Below, in pieces: positions 44,774-54,353 of a stretch of 64,000 nt of DNA (position 1 is the first letter of the stretch; each line of letters starts with the position of its first letter). The notes under the pieces were generated by a model, which made no database searches, was not told the origin of the DNA, and worked only from the letters and a program-made list of their open reading frames with translations. The stretch is from an uncultured delta proteobacterium (GTDB lineage: Bacteria; Desulfobacterota; Binatia; UBA9968). The translations under genes were made by a program, and so were the position numbers. The stretch covers positions 800,001 to 864,000 of the forward strand of contig CAVUZH010000003.1 of assembly GCA_963745835.1 (NCBI GenBank). Direction: 5' to 3'.

Positions 44774-45637
44774 AAGGAATTGTCTTGGCTGGAGGCAACG
44801 GAACCCGACTTCATCCGGTGACCCTGGCGGTGAATAAGCAGCTCCTTCCCGTGTATAACAAGCCGATGATTTACTATCCGCTTTCCACCCTGATGTTAGC
44901 GGGAATCCGGGACATTCTGATGATTATTAATCCGCAAGATCGGGATCCGTATTACCGTCTGTTGGGCGATGGTAACGCGCTGGGGGTTAAACATTCGTTA
45001 TGCTGTCCAGGAGAAGCCTACGGGTCTGCCGGAAGCCTTTATCATTGGGGAGGAATTCATCGGTGGTGGTCAGGTTTGTCTTATCCTGGGTGATAACATC
45101 TTCTACAGCGAAGGCTTAATTGGTCTCTTGGAACGATGCGCGCAGCTTGAAACAGGAGCATTGATATTCGGCTACTCCGTCCGGGATCCGGAGCGATATG
45201 GCGTCCTGGCTTTTGATGATCGGGGAGCAGTAGTTGATATCGAAGAAAAACCCAAGGCACCGAAGTCGAGATATGCCGTTCCAGGAATCTATTTTTACGA
45301 TAATCAGGTCGTGCAAATCGCCAAAAATGTTAAGCCGTCTGCTAGAGGCGAGAGCGAGATTACTGACGTGAACAAGGCTTATCTCCGGAAGGGCCAACTT
45401 CGGGTGGAAATCTTGGGACGAGGTACCGCTTGGCTGGACACCGGCACGTATGAATCACTCGTTCAAGCATCCGATTTTATAGAAACCATAGAGCTTCGCC
45501 AGGGTTTGAAAATCGGTTGCCCGGAAGAGATTGCACTAAGAAAAGGATTCATTGACAGGACTCAGTTTAAGAGCCTTGCCGAAGACTTATCAAAGACCGA
45601 CTACGGGAAATATCTTTTCGATGTGGTCGAGTCATAA
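44770..45637 (+). CDS. rmlA: Glucose-1-phosphate thymidylyltransferase, frameshift near 44985
   Basis: [16 protein letters not shown]...[16 protein letters not shown], then LILGDN, EEKP, SARGE.EITD and WLDTGT. Confidence 0.96.
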
Positions 45638-45654
45638 CTCGGAACGGATGAACA

Positions 45655-46428
45655 GTGTCTTCAAGCGAAAGACTGCATCGTTATCATGACGCAAAATATG
45701 GCGCCGAAGCGGTCGCGCCGTTAGATCGAGTCGTAGAATATCAATCCTCTCCCGCCAATCGCTTCGAGGCTTGCTTAAAATACTTTCCAACCCGTTTCCG
45801 TGGCGGCGATATTCTGGAGCTCGGCGCCGGTAACGGATTGCTCGCTCGAAGCCTGATCGCCCAGGGGCTTCGTTTCGATACCTACACCCTGGGAGAGATC
45901 GCGGAAAGCCGCCTGAAGGGGATGGCGCAAAGCTTTGACGATCCCCGTATACGCGTAATCAGGCTCGACGCCGAAGCTTTGCCCGAAGACGATTTTAACC
46001 GCTATGATGCCGTGATCATGCTGGCGCTGATCGCCCAGCTGATCGATCCCATCGGTGCGATGCAACAGGTTCACAGGCGGTTAAAACCGGGAGGGTTTGT
46101 TTTTTTAGAAACGCCGAACGCGGCAAAGTTCACCCGACGAGCGAAATTGCTGCTCGGACGATTCCCGGCCATCGCATCCCGGAATGAAGGCCTCACCACG
46201 TACGATGGCCACCCTGTCGATCTCCTCGACGAGGGCCACTTACACTATTTTACTTTTCGCTCATTGTCGCGAATGCTTCTCGAGAGATGCGGCTTTTCAC
46301 GGGTGGAGAAACTCGGATATTTTGTCGGACGGAACGGTCAAAGTATGTTCGGCCACAAAATCGGCGATGGCTTGGTCCGTCTCTGGCCGGAATTATTTTC
46401 GGAGATAGTTGTCGTTGCATATGCTTGA
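45655..46428 (+). CDS. Class I SAM-dependent methyltransferase
   Basis: ILELGAGNG, LKPGG...ETPN and HLHYFT motifs. Confidence 0.88.
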   Translation: MSSSERLHRYHDAKYGAEAVAPLDRVVEYQSSPANRFEACLKYFPTRFRGGDILELGAGNGLLARSLIAQGLRFDTYTLGEIAESRLKGMAQSFDDPRIRVIRLDAEALPEDDFNRYDAVIMLALIAQLIDPIGAMQQVHRRLKPGGFVFLETPNAAKFTRRAKLLLGRFPAIASRNEGLTTYDGHPVDLLDEGHLHYFTFRSLSRMLLERCGFSRVEKLGYFVGRNGQSMFGHKIGDGLVRLWPELFSEIVVVAYA

Positions 46429-46510
46429 CAGATTTGCGGACTGGCTCAGAAGGAAAACAGCCGTTGATGGATAACACTTCCGAGCTAGATAAGCATGAAA
46501 GTCGGAGTCA

Positions 46511-47757
46511 ATGACGAGGGCCGATCCATTTGACTCCGAATTAAATTTACAAAGCGACGACCGATCCGGGCGGCGTTCGTGACGAATATATGTCCCCATT
46601 ACAGGGTTAAAACGTTCGAGCTGATTAGCCAAAAAGCTGTCCGTAGAATTTTTCTTTTACTCTGCAGGCAACGAATGGTACTGGCAGCAAACCATGGAGT
46701 GAGGGTAGGAAATTTTCGCCATCATTATCTTCCCGGGTTTCAATAACTCAAAACACGCGCGTGGTGCTTCGCTGGTACCAAACGTTATGGCGAGGAAGTT
46801 ACGATGTATACATTAAGTGCATCAACGGCCGTTTTGCATCTGCCGGTCACGTACGTAATCGGCCGGCTGGCCGGAAGCCGTTCATATTGTGGACAGGGAT
46901 TTGGATGTCATTAGATACACCGTTTCATCGTCTCGTATTTCCTCTGACCCGGTGGATCTATCGCCATGCGGACGCGATTGTCGTGTACGGCGAGCATGTT
47001 AAGCGCTACTTGATTAGTCTCAATGTCGCCCCGGAAAAGATTTTTGTCGCCGCCCATGCAGTGGACAACTCACAGTACAACAGAAAAATTGACGAGGCAG
47101 AAAAGGCAGCGCTTAGGGAAAGACTGGGCGTAGGCGATCACAAAATAGTGCTCTATCTCGGGCGTCTGGAAGAAGAGAAGGGCGTGGAATATCTAATCAA
47201 TGCTTTCGCTCTGGTGAAGGCCGACAATGTAGTGCTGTTGATTGTGGGTGACGGGTCAATGCGGCAGCGCCTGAAGGAATTGGTCCAGGAGCAAGGAATT
47301 GCGGAAAGGACGCGATTCGTCGGTTATGTATCACCGGAAGAAGCGATCTAACTTATTATGCTACTGCTGATTTGTTGGTGTTGCCGTCGGTAACGATGCC
47401 GAAGTGGAAAAGAACCATGGGGACTAGTGGTCAACGAGGCGATGAATCAAGGAGTGCCGGTGGTTGCGACAGATGCAGTGGGCGCGGCGGCTGGCGGACT
47501 CGTGCAGGCCGGTGTAAACGGCTTAATCGTTGCCGGAGCGAGATCCCAATGAGTTAGCCGAGGCGATGGCGCGTATTATTACTGATGCTAAATTGCGTGA
47601 GCATCTGAGCGCCAATGCGAGACGGATTGTCGCCGGATGGGACAACGAGCGAATGGTCAAGGGTTTCCGGGAAGCAATTGACTATGCAATGGGCCGGAGT
47701 CACTGCCGGAAGCATCGGATGCCAAACGTTCCCTCCAAAGCATCACTCCCGGAGTAA
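46511..47757 (+). CDS. GT4 glycosyltransferase, several frameshifts
   Basis: FVTNICPHYR, HAVDN, YLGRL..EKG, LVLPS, EPWGLVVNEAM and NGLIV across frames. The start is approximate. Confidence 0.85.
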
Positions 47758-47839
47758 TCAGTTCCGACGCCCATAATGGCGCAAATATAAACGACTGGTA
47801 AATAAAAGGGCGCCGAATGGTCAAGCTCGAGCGGCCCCA

Positions 47840-48868
47840 ATGAAATCTGGCATCTCCATCGTGTTTCCTTCGATGACTCGTCCCAAAAGGGCTAAATTCA
47901 TCAGGCTGGCGTTGTGTGTCATCGTCAGCGCGGTTTGCCTTTATTTAGCCGCCCGCGGTATCGATTTTGACCGGACGCTGGAGGAACTTAAAAAGAGTTC
48001 GCCTGCGCCAGTTGCGGGCGCAGTTTTCTTTTTGTTCATTTCGTATTGGATCCGTGCTTACCGCTGGCACTACTTGCTTTTGCCAATTAAGAAGATTTCG
48101 GTGTACCCGCTATTTCGCTCCACCCTGATCGGCTTTATGGGAAACTACCTGCTTCCTTTTCGCGCCGGGGAAGTTATGCGTGCCGTATCCGTCGGCCAAA
48201 CACAAAACATCAGTAAGGCGGGTGCCCTTGGCTCGATAGTTCTGGAAAGAGGCCTCGATGGGCTCGTGATCTCATTGACTCCATTGGTAGTGTTGGTGGC
48301 GATCGATCTTCCTAATTGGGTAGTGCAAATCAACCTGGCTTTCTTGGCGCTTTATGGGGTGGGCTTGGCGGCGCTGGCGATCGCGACGCAGCGCGGCTGG
48401 ACCGAAGGCTGGATAACCTGGACAGCAGGGCGCTTGCCGGTACGGTTGAGCCGGGCCGTCAAATCCATTTCGACGGAATTTCTCCAAGGTATGAAAGGCA
48501 TCAACCATCACGGCGCGCTGTTGCCGGTGATCCTGCTGTCGTTTGCATGCTGGTTTTTTCACGGCTTGTATTTCTTTCTGATCTTCTCCGCGCTCCATAT
48601 TGAACTGTCGCTTTCGGCGGCGCTCGTATTGCAAACGATCATTGGTATCGGCGTGATTCTGCCGGCGGCGCCAGGTTATGTCGGCAATTTCGAATACTTT
48701 ACAGTCCTCGCCCTAGGGCTGTTCGGCGTCTCTCAAGAAGTCGCTTTTGCCTATGCGCTGCTCGCTCATATCTGTCAGATTATTCCCGTAACAGCCGTGG
48801 GACTATTTTTCGCGATTCGAAGCGGATTTCAGAGTCAAGTGGAAGCAGCGCGCACGCAAGCGGGTTAA
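47840..48868 (+). CDS. UPF0104 / LPG-synthase TM family protein (flippase-like) #3
   Basis: IRAYRW, NYLLPFRAGEVMR, LERGLD and PAAPGYVGNFE motifs. Confidence 0.9.
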   Translation: MKSGISIVFPSMTRPKRAKFIRLALCVIVSAVCLYLAARGIDFDRTLEELKKSSPAPVAGAVFFLFISYWIRAYRWHYLLLPIKKISVYPLFRSTLIGFMGNYLLPFRAGEVMRAVSVGQTQNISKAGALGSIVLERGLDGLVISLTPLVVLVAIDLPNWVVQINLAFLALYGVGLAALAIATQRGWTEGWITWTAGRLPVRLSRAVKSISTEFLQGMKGINHHGALLPVILLSFACWFFHGLYFFLIFSALHIELSLSAALVLQTIIGIGVILPAAPGYVGNFEYFTVLALGLFGVSQEVAFAYALLAHICQIIPVTAVGLFFAIRSGFQSQVEAARTQAG

Positions 48869-49029
48869 AGCTGGGCATGCGCATCCTAAATTGCTGTCGG
48901 AGCTACCGCGGGAATGCAACCCGTAGTAGTTATTAGCGCGTGCCGACGAGCCGCTGGCGGAAGCTGGTACTTGTCTCATGTGCCCGAATTGCAGTAACGC
49001 CAAAACCAACAGGACATTATAGCCTGAAA

Positions 49030-49067
49030 AAAGTGGGTAACAAATCACAAAGTGGGTAATAAATCAC
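49030..49067. repeat. 19-bp tandem direct repeat (AAAGTGGGTAAyAAATCAC x2)
   Basis: Directly visible; the two copies differ at one position. Confidence 0.85.
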
Positions 49068-49122
49068 TTTGTTTACAGGTACTTGCCCGAAAAATCAAGA
49101 ATTTCGTAATCGCCGGTTATCG

Positions 49123-49138
49123 CGGCATCGAAGTTGCG
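49123..49138 (+). promoter_or_regulatory. Putative sigma-54 promoter motif overlapping a 15-bp tandem repeat
   Basis: CGGCATCGAAGTTGCG has GG-N10-GC spacing with TTGC and lies ~240 nt upstream of the GT2 at 49380. ATCGAAGTTkCGCAT is repeated at 49127-49156. Confidence 0.5.
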
Positions 49139-49379
49139 CATATCGAAGTTTCGCATGATGAGCTGAAGTTACTACCTGCAGCGCGGCTTCACCTTCACCT
49201 GCCCAGTAATAATCCTATGCACAGAGCTAGCGGAGCTATGTTTACTTCCTAGACTCTCCAGTTTGTCTCGAACGCCGTAAGAACCATGTGAAGAGAACGA
49301 CCTTTTTCATCTCCTAGTTCAATGCATTATCGGCTCCCTCACAACCAGAAGTTTGCGCCTGCAGACATATCAGTGACCT

Positions 49380-50433
49380 ATGTCGACTGAAGAGATCCAG
49401 CCAACAATCTCCGTTGTGGTTCCCGCATTCAATGCCGCTGAGTACCTGAAGCGCTGCCTGGAGGCGGTTTTTTCTTCAAATGATCTTTTCTATGAATGTA
49501 TTGTTGTCGATGACGGTTCGACCGACGAATCTACGTCTATAGCGCAGCAAGCCGGAGCGCGTGTGCTGCATGTCGCCGATGGTCCGTTGGGTCCTGCCCA
49601 TGCCCGCAATCGAGGAGTGCAAGCCGCAAGAGGCTCGATTGTCTTTTTTGTTGATGCAGATGTCGTGCTCGCGCCGGGAGCGCTTTGGCGTGTGGTTAAG
49701 TTATTTCAGCAGCAACCCGACCTGGCGGCCGTCTTCGGATCCTACGACGCTCGGCCCGCGGCTCCCGGCGTGGTTTCACAGTACAAAAATCTGCTACACC
49801 ATTTCGTTCACCAGAATGGCAACAGCGTAGCCTCAACCTTCTGGGCAGGTTGTGGGGCCATCCGCCGGTCCGTTTTTGAGGAAATTGGTGGTTTCGACGA
49901 AAAGCGGTTTTCGCGTCCCTCGATCGAAGATATTGAACTCGGGATATCGCCTACGAAATGCGGGCTATCGAATCATGCTGGACAAAGGCCTTCAAGGTAC
50001 TCACTTGAAGCACTGGAGCTTCTGCTCGATGGTCCGAACCGACATTGTTTACCGGGCCATTCCCTGGTCGCGCCTCATTGTAGAAACCAAAGAAGCTCCC
50101 AACGACCTCAATCTGAAACTCGGCCAGAGAGTGAGCTTTATGTTGGCCGCGCTCGCGTGCGCTTTCCTGGGCCTTGCTGTAATACGCCTGGAATGGCTTG
50201 CCGTATCGACTGCCGCCTTTGTTGGTGTCATCGCCTTCAACCGGAAGCTTTACGAGTTTTTCTTTAGACAGCATGGATTTTTCTTTTCCGCAGCCTGCAT
50301 TTTGCTTCACTTCCTCTACTATCTTTATAGCGGGCTCAGCTATGTCTATGTTCGGACTGAAAATCAGCTGAGGAGACGAGCGCTGATCCGGCCGGTTGCT
50401 GTAAATAGGCCGCCGATTGATCTTCAGCGTTAG
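49380..50433 (+). CDS. GT2 glycosyltransferase with C-terminal TM helices, frameshift near 49945
   Basis: SVVVPAFN, VDDGSTD, ARNRG, FVDAD, FWAGCGAIRR and EDIELG, continuing as YRLR... in ORF 49852..50433. Confidence 0.9.
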
Positions 50434-50492
50434 ATGGTAAAAAGCTACGGCGCAATGCAGCTCAGGCTAGAGACGGATTCCAAAATCGTGAG

Positions 50493-51767
50493 ATGATGAA
50501 TTCGCACAGGTTTATCCCATTATATCTTTTTTTCTTTGCTCTCATTATCAGGGTAGTTTTTCTCACAGCAACCTACCATGATAAAGACGATGTTAAGTAT
50601 ATGGAAGATGTTGAGATAGCTATCAATGTTGTAGAAGGGAAGGGCTATGTTTACAATTTCTCACTGCTGAATGCGAATGTTCCGTTAAGACCCACGGCTT
50701 TGAAACCACCTGTGTATCCTGTCTTGGTTTCTCTTGTATTCTTTGCTTTCGGCATGAAAAATTTTTTTGCACTGTTCTTGATACATGCCTTGTTAGCTGC
50801 CATTACCTGTGTGCTCTTGTACCTGGCTGTAGCCAAAGTCTCGCATTATAGAGCGGCTATCGCCGGCCTGGTATTCGCTCTTTATCCGCCCTTTATCTAC
50901 CATTCAGTAACGGTTCCAGAATCGACTACTGCAACATTGTTTTTAATTTCTTTGTTTTGCTATGCATTAGTAAAAATACACGACCGTTTCGATCAAAAGA
51001 AATGGATCGTGGTATCTATCATAGGTGGCCTATTGGCCATGACCGAGCCCGTGACAGTCCCATTTATGTTCCTCGCGCTTCTCTACGTTGCTTACCTCAC
51101 TTTGGGTAGTTTGAAAAAAGTGTCCCTCGAAATGGTCACTGCCGTAGTTGTCTTTGCAGCCACTATCGCTCCATGGACCGTTCGTAATTACCTGACATTC
51201 AAGCAATTTGTTTTTATTAAATCCAACTTTGGATCGACTTTGGCGATGTCAGGTATCCGGCTACCGCAGGAAACAAAGTTGTCTCTGGCGAAGGAAGTAC
51301 AAGGAATGGACGAAGTTAATGAGGATAAGGCGATCAAAAAGGCCGTATTGTCTTGGATCCTTGAAAATCCGGTCATGTATTTACGGCGTTTGCCCGACAA
51401 TTTTAGAAGTTTTTGGTGGGAAACTGGCCGTTATACAGATGACCGCTCGACGACATACTTCTTTGGGAGAAAAGTCCCTTATATTCTCTTGCTCATTTTT
51501 AGTATCCCAGCGATGTTCTGGAACTTAGTTCAGCTAGGCACAGATGCCAAAGCTCGAAGTCATATGCACATTTATCACGGTGTCATGTTCATTTTGATAT
51601 TCACATACACCGCGATCTACACATTGGTTGGAGCAGTGAATTTGCGATATCATTTTCCCGTCGAGTTCGGAATGTTCATCTTCTGCGCTGACGCAATACT
51701 TTACATCGCCAACAAAGTGCAGTTGCCATTCAATAACTGCTTGCGTTGCTTGAAAACAAGTCTTTAA
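50493..51767 (+). CDS. GT-C (ArnT/PMT-like) membrane glycosyltransferase
   Basis: PTALKPPVYP, PWTVRNYLTFKQFVFIKS and RYHFPVE motifs; paralog of 25254. Confidence 0.8.
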   Translation: MMNSHRFIPLYLFFFALIIRVVFLTATYHDKDDVKYMEDVEIAINVVEGKGYVYNFSLLNANVPLRPTALKPPVYPVLVSLVFFAFGMKNFFALFLIHALLAAITCVLLYLAVAKVSHYRAAIAGLVFALYPPFIYHSVTVPESTTATLFLISLFCYALVKIHDRFDQKKWIVVSIIGGLLAMTEPVTVPFMFLALLYVAYLTLGSLKKVSLEMVTAVVVFAATIAPWTVRNYLTFKQFVFIKSNFGSTLAMSGIRLPQETKLSLAKEVQGMDEVNEDKAIKKAVLSWILENPVMYLRRLPDNFRSFWWETGRYTDDRSTTYFFGRKVPYILLLIFSIPAMFWNLVQLGTDAKARSHMHIYHGVMFILIFTYTAIYTLVGAVNLRYHFPVEFGMFIFCADAILYIANKVQLPFNNCLRCLKTSL

Positions 51768-52061
51768 TCTCCAGAGATTGTGTGCCACTGGAGAGCCATC
51801 CCCATTCATTATTATTCCCGAGGCACGCACCACGTGGACAAGCGTTAATTAGAACAAAACCTATAGTCGGATTCTCGGCGTCGGATTCTCAATTGTTTCC
51901 TAGTCTCTTTCCGCCCGTTCTGCTCGCGCTACTCTGACAGTCACTTGCGGCTTCGCCGCCTCAACTCGCTGAGAGAAAGCTGAAAGCATTTTAGCGCTGC
52001 GGCGGTGTAAGCCGGAGCTCTCTCGCGTCATATCGGATTTTCCCAACCTTTAGGGCAGGTC

Positions 52062-53855
52062 ATGGATCAAGAACAAACTTCCGGAAGGCAGGTTATCGTC
52101 ATCGGTGCCGGACCGGCCGGTTTGACGGCCGCTTATGAACTCGCGAAGCTCGACGACAATCCCATCGTCATCGAAAAGGGCGACAAAGTTGGTGGCATTG
52201 CTCGCACGGAGGACTACAAAGGTTACTACTTCGACATGGGGGGGCATCGTTTCTTCACCAAGGTCGAAGAGGTCAATCGTAAATGGCGCGAAGTATTAGG
52301 GGATAAGTTTCTTCGCAGGCCTCGATTGTCGAGGATCTATTACAATCGCAAGTTCTTCGACTATCCGCTTAAGCCAATGAATGCTTTGTTGGGACTGGGA
52401 TTGCGGCAAAGTATTCTTATCGCGCTGAGTTATATGAGATGGCGCCTGCGCCCATATCCGGAAGAGGAGACCTTCGAGCAATGGGTGACGAACCGCTTCG
52501 GTCGCCGTCTTTTCAGAATATTCTTCAAAGCTTATACCGAGAAGGTCTGGGGTATTTCATGCAGCGAGCTGAAAGCAGAATGGGCGGCGCAACGGATCAA
52601 AGATCTGTCGCTGAAGACTTTATTGCTCAGCATGATTGTAAAACCGAAGAGAACTATCACGACACTGATCGACCAGTTTGACTATCCGCAGCGCGGGCCG
52701 GGAATGATGTGGAATGCTTTTAAGGGCGAGGTGGAAAAGCGGGGTGGGTCCATACGGCTCAACAGCGAAGTGGTGGCTATTCATAACGGTGGCGGCAAGT
52801 ACATCCACAGCGTCGAGGTTGCGTGTAATGGACAGAAGGAAGTTATTCACGGTACAGACTTCATCTCCAGCATGCCGGTTACCGAATTTATCAAAAAACT
52901 TAATCCGCCCGCGCCACCGGAGGTCTTGCTCGCCGCTGAAAAGCTTCGATATCGCGACTTCATGACCGTTTGCCTAATTGTCAACCAAGCCGACCTTTTT
53001 CCCGACAATTGGATCTATGTCCACGATCCCGCCGTGAAGGTGGGCAGAATTCAGAATTTCAAGAACTGGAGTCCGCACATGGTTCCGGATGCGGCCAAAA
53101 CCAGTCTCGGCCTGGAATACTTCTGTAACGAAGGGGACGAGCTGTGGAACATGGCAGACGCGGATCTTATCGAACTCGGCAAACGGGAGCTCGAGCACAT
53201 CGGGCTGGGGTCCGCTGCCGATATTGATGACGGCTGTGTCTTTCGCGTCCCAAAAGCCTATCCGATCTATGATTCTGAGTATCGCGATTATCTGGCGGTC
53301 GTCAAAGATTACGTCGGTAGCCTGCAGAATTACCAGACGATCGGCCGCAATGGTCTCCATCGTTACAACAATCAGGATCATGCGATGATGACGGGGATAT
53401 TGGCGGTCAGAAATTTAGTTTCGACAGAACGCAATGATCTATGGAGCGTCAACACTGATCAGGAATACCATGAAGAACTGCAACTCCAGCCTGACATTCC
53501 GCTCGAGGGTGTTAAAGAAGCGTTTGCACGCGCCTTTGCAAAGCTCGACCGTGTTGCCTTGGGGCTCTCGATGGGCACCGTCGCCGGTATGTTGCTGTTC
53601 CTGGCGACACTGGTTATCGTGTTAAAAGGCGGTCCCGTCGTAGGGCCGACGCTCGGACTATTAGACCAGTATTTTCCCGGTTACACTGTCACGTTCAGCG
53701 GCAGCATTGTAGGGTTCGTCTATGCATTCGTGAGCGGCTTCACTGTCGGTTGGGGATTTGCCATGCTTAGAAACATTATAGTATTTCTCTATACGGCGCT
53801 GATTCAGCGTCGCGCTGAGCGTTTACTGCTTCGCAATTTCCTGGAATACGTTTAG
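52062..53855 (+). CDS. FAD-dependent oxidoreductase (UGM/HemY-like) with a C-terminal membrane domain
   Basis: IGAGPAGLTAA, FDMGGHRFF, YTEKVWG, WAAQRI, WIYVHD, GLEYFC and GRNGLHRYNNQDHAM; hydrophobic last ~110 aa. Confidence 0.9.
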   Translation: MDQEQTSGRQVIVIGAGPAGLTAAYELAKLDDNPIVIEKGDKVGGIARTEDYKGYYFDMGGHRFFTKVEEVNRKWREVLGDKFLRRPRLSRIYYNRKFFDYPLKPMNALLGLGLRQSILIALSYMRWRLRPYPEEETFEQWVTNRFGRRLFRIFFKAYTEKVWGISCSELKAEWAAQRIKDLSLKTLLLSMIVKPKRTITTLIDQFDYPQRGPGMMWNAFKGEVEKRGGSIRLNSEVVAIHNGGGKYIHSVEVACNGQKEVIHGTDFISSMPVTEFIKKLNPPAPPEVLLAAEKLRYRDFMTVCLIVNQADLFPDNWIYVHDPAVKVGRIQNFKNWSPHMVPDAAKTSLGLEYFCNEGDELWNMADADLIELGKRELEHIGLGSAADIDDGCVFRVPKAYPIYDSEYRDYLAVVKDYVGSLQNYQTIGRNGLHRYNNQDHAMMTGILAVRNLVSTERNDLWSVNTDQEYHEELQLQPDIPLEGVKEAFARAFAKLDRVALGLSMGTVAGMLLFLATLVIVLKGGPVVGPTLGLLDQYFPGYTVTFSGSIVGFVYAFVSGFTVGWGFAMLRNIIVFLYTALIQRRAERLLLRNFLEYV

Positions 53856-53920
53856 TTCAAACTAGTTAAGTCTAAATTGATCTTGATCGTGCGTGATCAA
53901 CCATCTATTACACGACCCAT

Positions 53921-54247
53921 ATGAAAAACGAAAAGGCGCTTGAGAACGTCGTCCTGACCCGGGTAATGCGGCTTAACGCTAACATTAACGGTTTAGTCGC
54001 CGGGATAATGGTCGGGCTTGGTATTTTCGTTGCGACTAACTGGCTGGTTCTGAAGGGCGGCGACGTCGTTGGACCGCATCTTGGATTGTTAGGTCAGTTT
54101 TTTATCGGTTATGAAGTCAGTTTTGGTGGCAGCCTGATTGGTTTCGCGTACGGCTTTGCAACTGGTTTTTCGGTAGGGTATCTAATAGCAAGGATTTACA
54201 ATTGGGTCGTCGATGTCCGGGAGAATAAGCGTCACTCTACCGTTTAG
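53921..54247 (+). CDS. Small membrane protein homologous to the C-terminal domain of the upstream oxidoreductase
   Basis: VLKGGDVVGPHLGLLGQFFIGYEVSFGGSLIGFAYGF matches the upstream VLKGGPVVGPTLGLLDQYFPGYTVTFSGSIVGFVYAF. Confidence 0.85.
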   Translation: MKNEKALENVVLTRVMRLNANINGLVAGIMVGLGIFVATNWLVLKGGDVVGPHLGLLGQFFIGYEVSFGGSLIGFAYGFATGFSVGYLIARIYNWVVDVRENKRHSTV

Positions 54248-54353
54248 CATCGACTCTGCGAATAGTGCTAAGCGACTTGTGCCGACACCTTACGCGGGCG
54301 GACGAAGCGTACTCGTATTCTCCCCATAACGTTCTTTCCGGCACTGATCTCCA

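Noticed and set aside
14787-44986. Homopolymer tracts at frameshifts as phase-variation switches
   Set aside because: The tracts are short (5-8 nt) and many frameshifts occur outside them, a pattern that fits sequencing error.
49030-49156. Tandem repeats as a CRISPR array
   Set aside because: Only two adjacent copies of each repeat, no spacers and no cas genes.
51947-51959. GCGGC-TTC-GCCGC hairpin as a terminator or REP element
   Set aside because: The stem is short, there is no U-tract, and it is not clearly repeated in the window.
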